64,000 nt of DNA from Mobula hypostoma. Lineage: Eukaryota. Below the pieces are notes generated by a model. It was not told the DNA's origin and searched no databases. It saw nothing but the letters and a program-made list of their open reading frames with translations. Position numbers and translations under genes: made by a program. Each line of letters starts with the position of its first letter. Within the stretch, counting starts at the first letter, position 1. Positions 62,101 through 64,000 of the stretch are shown here, one piece after another. The stretch lies in NCBI RefSeq assembly GCF_963921235.1, contig NC_086100.1, positions 118,050,001 to 118,114,000 of the forward strand, read 5' to 3'.

Positions 62101-62469
62101 TTGAAAAACATTTCTGAACTAGCAGAGGTCTCTGCTACCAAGCAGAATCAAGGAAATGAAAGGAGATATGATCAAAAGATTAGGTTCTCCCAACAGTTCT
62201 AATAAGGAATTTGGGGCTACCAGGGAAGCATAATTTCACCGATTGCTGGATCACCAGGCCTTACGCAGTGGAGAGTCAGATGCCAAATGTGATTACTTTG
62301 TAAAAAGTTGATTACTTTGTAGGTATATAGCCCATAGAGTCAAAGAGTCATAGAAAACTACAGCCACAGAAACAGGCCCTTTAGCCTATATAGTCTGTGC
62401 TAAACCATTTGAACTGCCTAGTCCCATCAATCTGCACCCAGATCATAGACAGACTCACAGAAAATTCAA

Positions 62470-63117
62470 AAATTTTCAAAGGAAGAGTGTTCGCATCCAA
62501 CAGTGAGGCACAGCAGAGGTTCTCTGCAGGTTTGCAGCTGTATTTCTGCAAATGGAGTTAGTGATCTGGTCAGAGTTAATGGAGTCCTCAATGCTGAGAA
62601 CTACAAGCAGATTCTCATCCATCATGCAATACCATCAGGGAGATGTCTAATTGGTCCCAGCTTCATTCTGCAGCAGGATGATGACCCCAGGCATATGGCC
62701 AAGGTCATAAAGAACTATCTTCAATGAAAAGAAGAACAAGGAGTTCTGCAACAGATGGTGTGGTCTCCACAGAGCCCTGATCTCAACATCATTGAGGCTG
62801 TCTGGGATTACCTGGAGAGAAAGAAGCAAGTGAGACAGCCAAAGTCTGCAGAAGAACTGCAGCAAGTTCTCTAAGATGCTTGGAACAACCTACCAGCTGA
62901 GTTTTTTTTCTTTTCAGACTGCACGATTTTGTACTAAGAGAATTGATATAGTTTTATAAGAAAAGGGTGGTCACACCAAATACTGATTAAGTTTCATTTT
63001 TTATTGATTACTGCTCTTTATAGTATTTTTTTGCTATTTAGAAACTTCTCATTTCATTATTTTTGAAAGCATCTTCACTTTACAATTTTTTTACATATTC
63101 CTAAGACTTTTGCACAG
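62470..63117 (+). mobile_element. Tc1-family DNA transposon relic (transposase catalytic C-half plus right TIR)
   Basis: FILQQDDDPRH…*…WSPQSPDLNIIEAVW (Tc1 DD34E signature with an internal stop). TIR CCTAAGACTTTTGCACAG at 63100-63117. Confidence 0.88.
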
Positions 63118-63124
63118 CATCTTA

Positions 63125-63535
63125 AGAGGAGAGTTTGATGGCTCTGGGCTTGTACTCACTGGAGAAGGGAGATCTCATTAGAACCTACCAAATATTGAAA
63201 GGCCTAGATAGAGTGGATGTGAATAGGATGCTTCTTATAGTGGGTGAGCCTCAGAACAGATGGATGTCCATTTAGAACAGCGATGAGAATGAATTTCTTT
63301 AACCAGAGGATGGTGAAACTGTGAAATTCATTGCCACAGATGGTTATGGAGGCCAAGTCATTGAGTATACGTGGAGTGGATGTTGATAGATTCCTAGTTA
63401 GTCAGGGCTTCGGTGGTTATGGGGAGAAGGCAGGAGAATGGGGTTGAGAGGCATAATAAATCAGCCATGATGGAATGGTGGAGCAGACTTGATGTGCTCG
63501 GTGGCCTCATTCTGCTCCAATATCTTATGTTCTTA
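63125..63535 (+). mobile_element. Old CR1 3' fragment
   Basis: LMALGLYSLE…NFFNQRMVKL and a 3' UTR like that at 18130-18560. Confidence 0.8.
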
Positions 63536-63749
63536 AAACACAACTTACTGCTAGTATGATCGTTATGGCAATTCCCTGAGCTGAAATTGGCTGTGAATGA
63601 TGACTTAATTGCAGCCAGCAGAATTTAAGCAAAATCTATTGAGCTGTGATATATAGGAAGAGTTGAAATGCATTTATTTAAATAATAAAAATATCAAGAA
63701 CAATACACTTATTTAAAGAATAACTATCTTATATCCTTAAATATAAACA

Positions 63750-64000
63750 TTTTGCACTCCACAGTTCCCAAGGAAACATTGGATTGTGTAGAAGGAGAAA
63801 GGATTCAAAAGAAGGGAGTAAGGTAGTCAGCACATTCTGCACACCACAGTTCCCATGGAGATATTCGATCGCATAGCATGAGAGAGATTTCAAAAAAAAA
63901 CAGGCGGGAGCAGTTGGGACGTTTTGCACACCACAATTCCCAAGGAGATGTTGGACTGCATAGCAGGAGAGTGATTTCAAACAAAGCGAACAAGGGCAGT
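63750..64000. repeat. Diverged ~85-87-bp tandem array (at least 3 units, cut by the window end)
   Basis: Units start at 63754, 63839 and 63926 and share GCACwCCACArTTCCCAwGGArA…TAG…GAGA…ATTyCAAA. Confidence 0.8.

Larger units (their letters stand above)
55267..62290 (+). mobile_element. Degenerate Ty3/Gypsy element with PNMA-like gag, 3'-truncated
   Basis: LTR-like leader, gag from ~56596 (MDATVIKRWC…; FSG…EEEYETW…QGLESIFG, PNMA-like), protease LDTGS (~58488), RT SPYVSPILVVRKKNGKIRMCVDY…YLDD, RNase H LHTDSS…NYPTHKLEFLALKW, and integrase HLGFDKT…YW…C..C…TDCFTRYAQAFP. Confidence 0.92.

Noticed and set aside
63750..64000. CRISPR array
   Set aside because: Eukaryotic context, no cas genes, and repeats too long and too diverged from each other. 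Kept only as an unexplained tandem array.

Overview
Repeat-saturated eukaryotic genomic DNA with no host protein-coding gene, rRNA, tRNA gene or CRISPR array that I can support. It is probably vertebrate. The mix of CR1 LINEs, Rex1/Babar-like LINEs, Penelope-like elements and a V-SINE-like element suggests a cartilaginous fish such as a ray or shark (inference only). Much of the window is nested, decayed mobile DNA: four Ty3/Gypsy relics, several CR1 copies (one near full length), many Rex1-like 3' fragments, a Tc1 relic with a matching MITE, a hAT MITE and a solo LTR. Highlights: (1) an old class I (epsilon/gamma-like) endogenous retrovirus at ~32.95-38.47 kb with both LTRs, a tRNA-Ser primer-binding site, pol and a gamma-type env; (2) a Penelope-like family carrying minimal hammerhead ribozyme motifs, including two independent TSD-flanked fold-back insertions with one hammerhead on each strand; (3) a ~86-bp array of conserved blocks and variable spacers at the window end. 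Many boundaries are approximate and all family names come from by-eye motif recognition.
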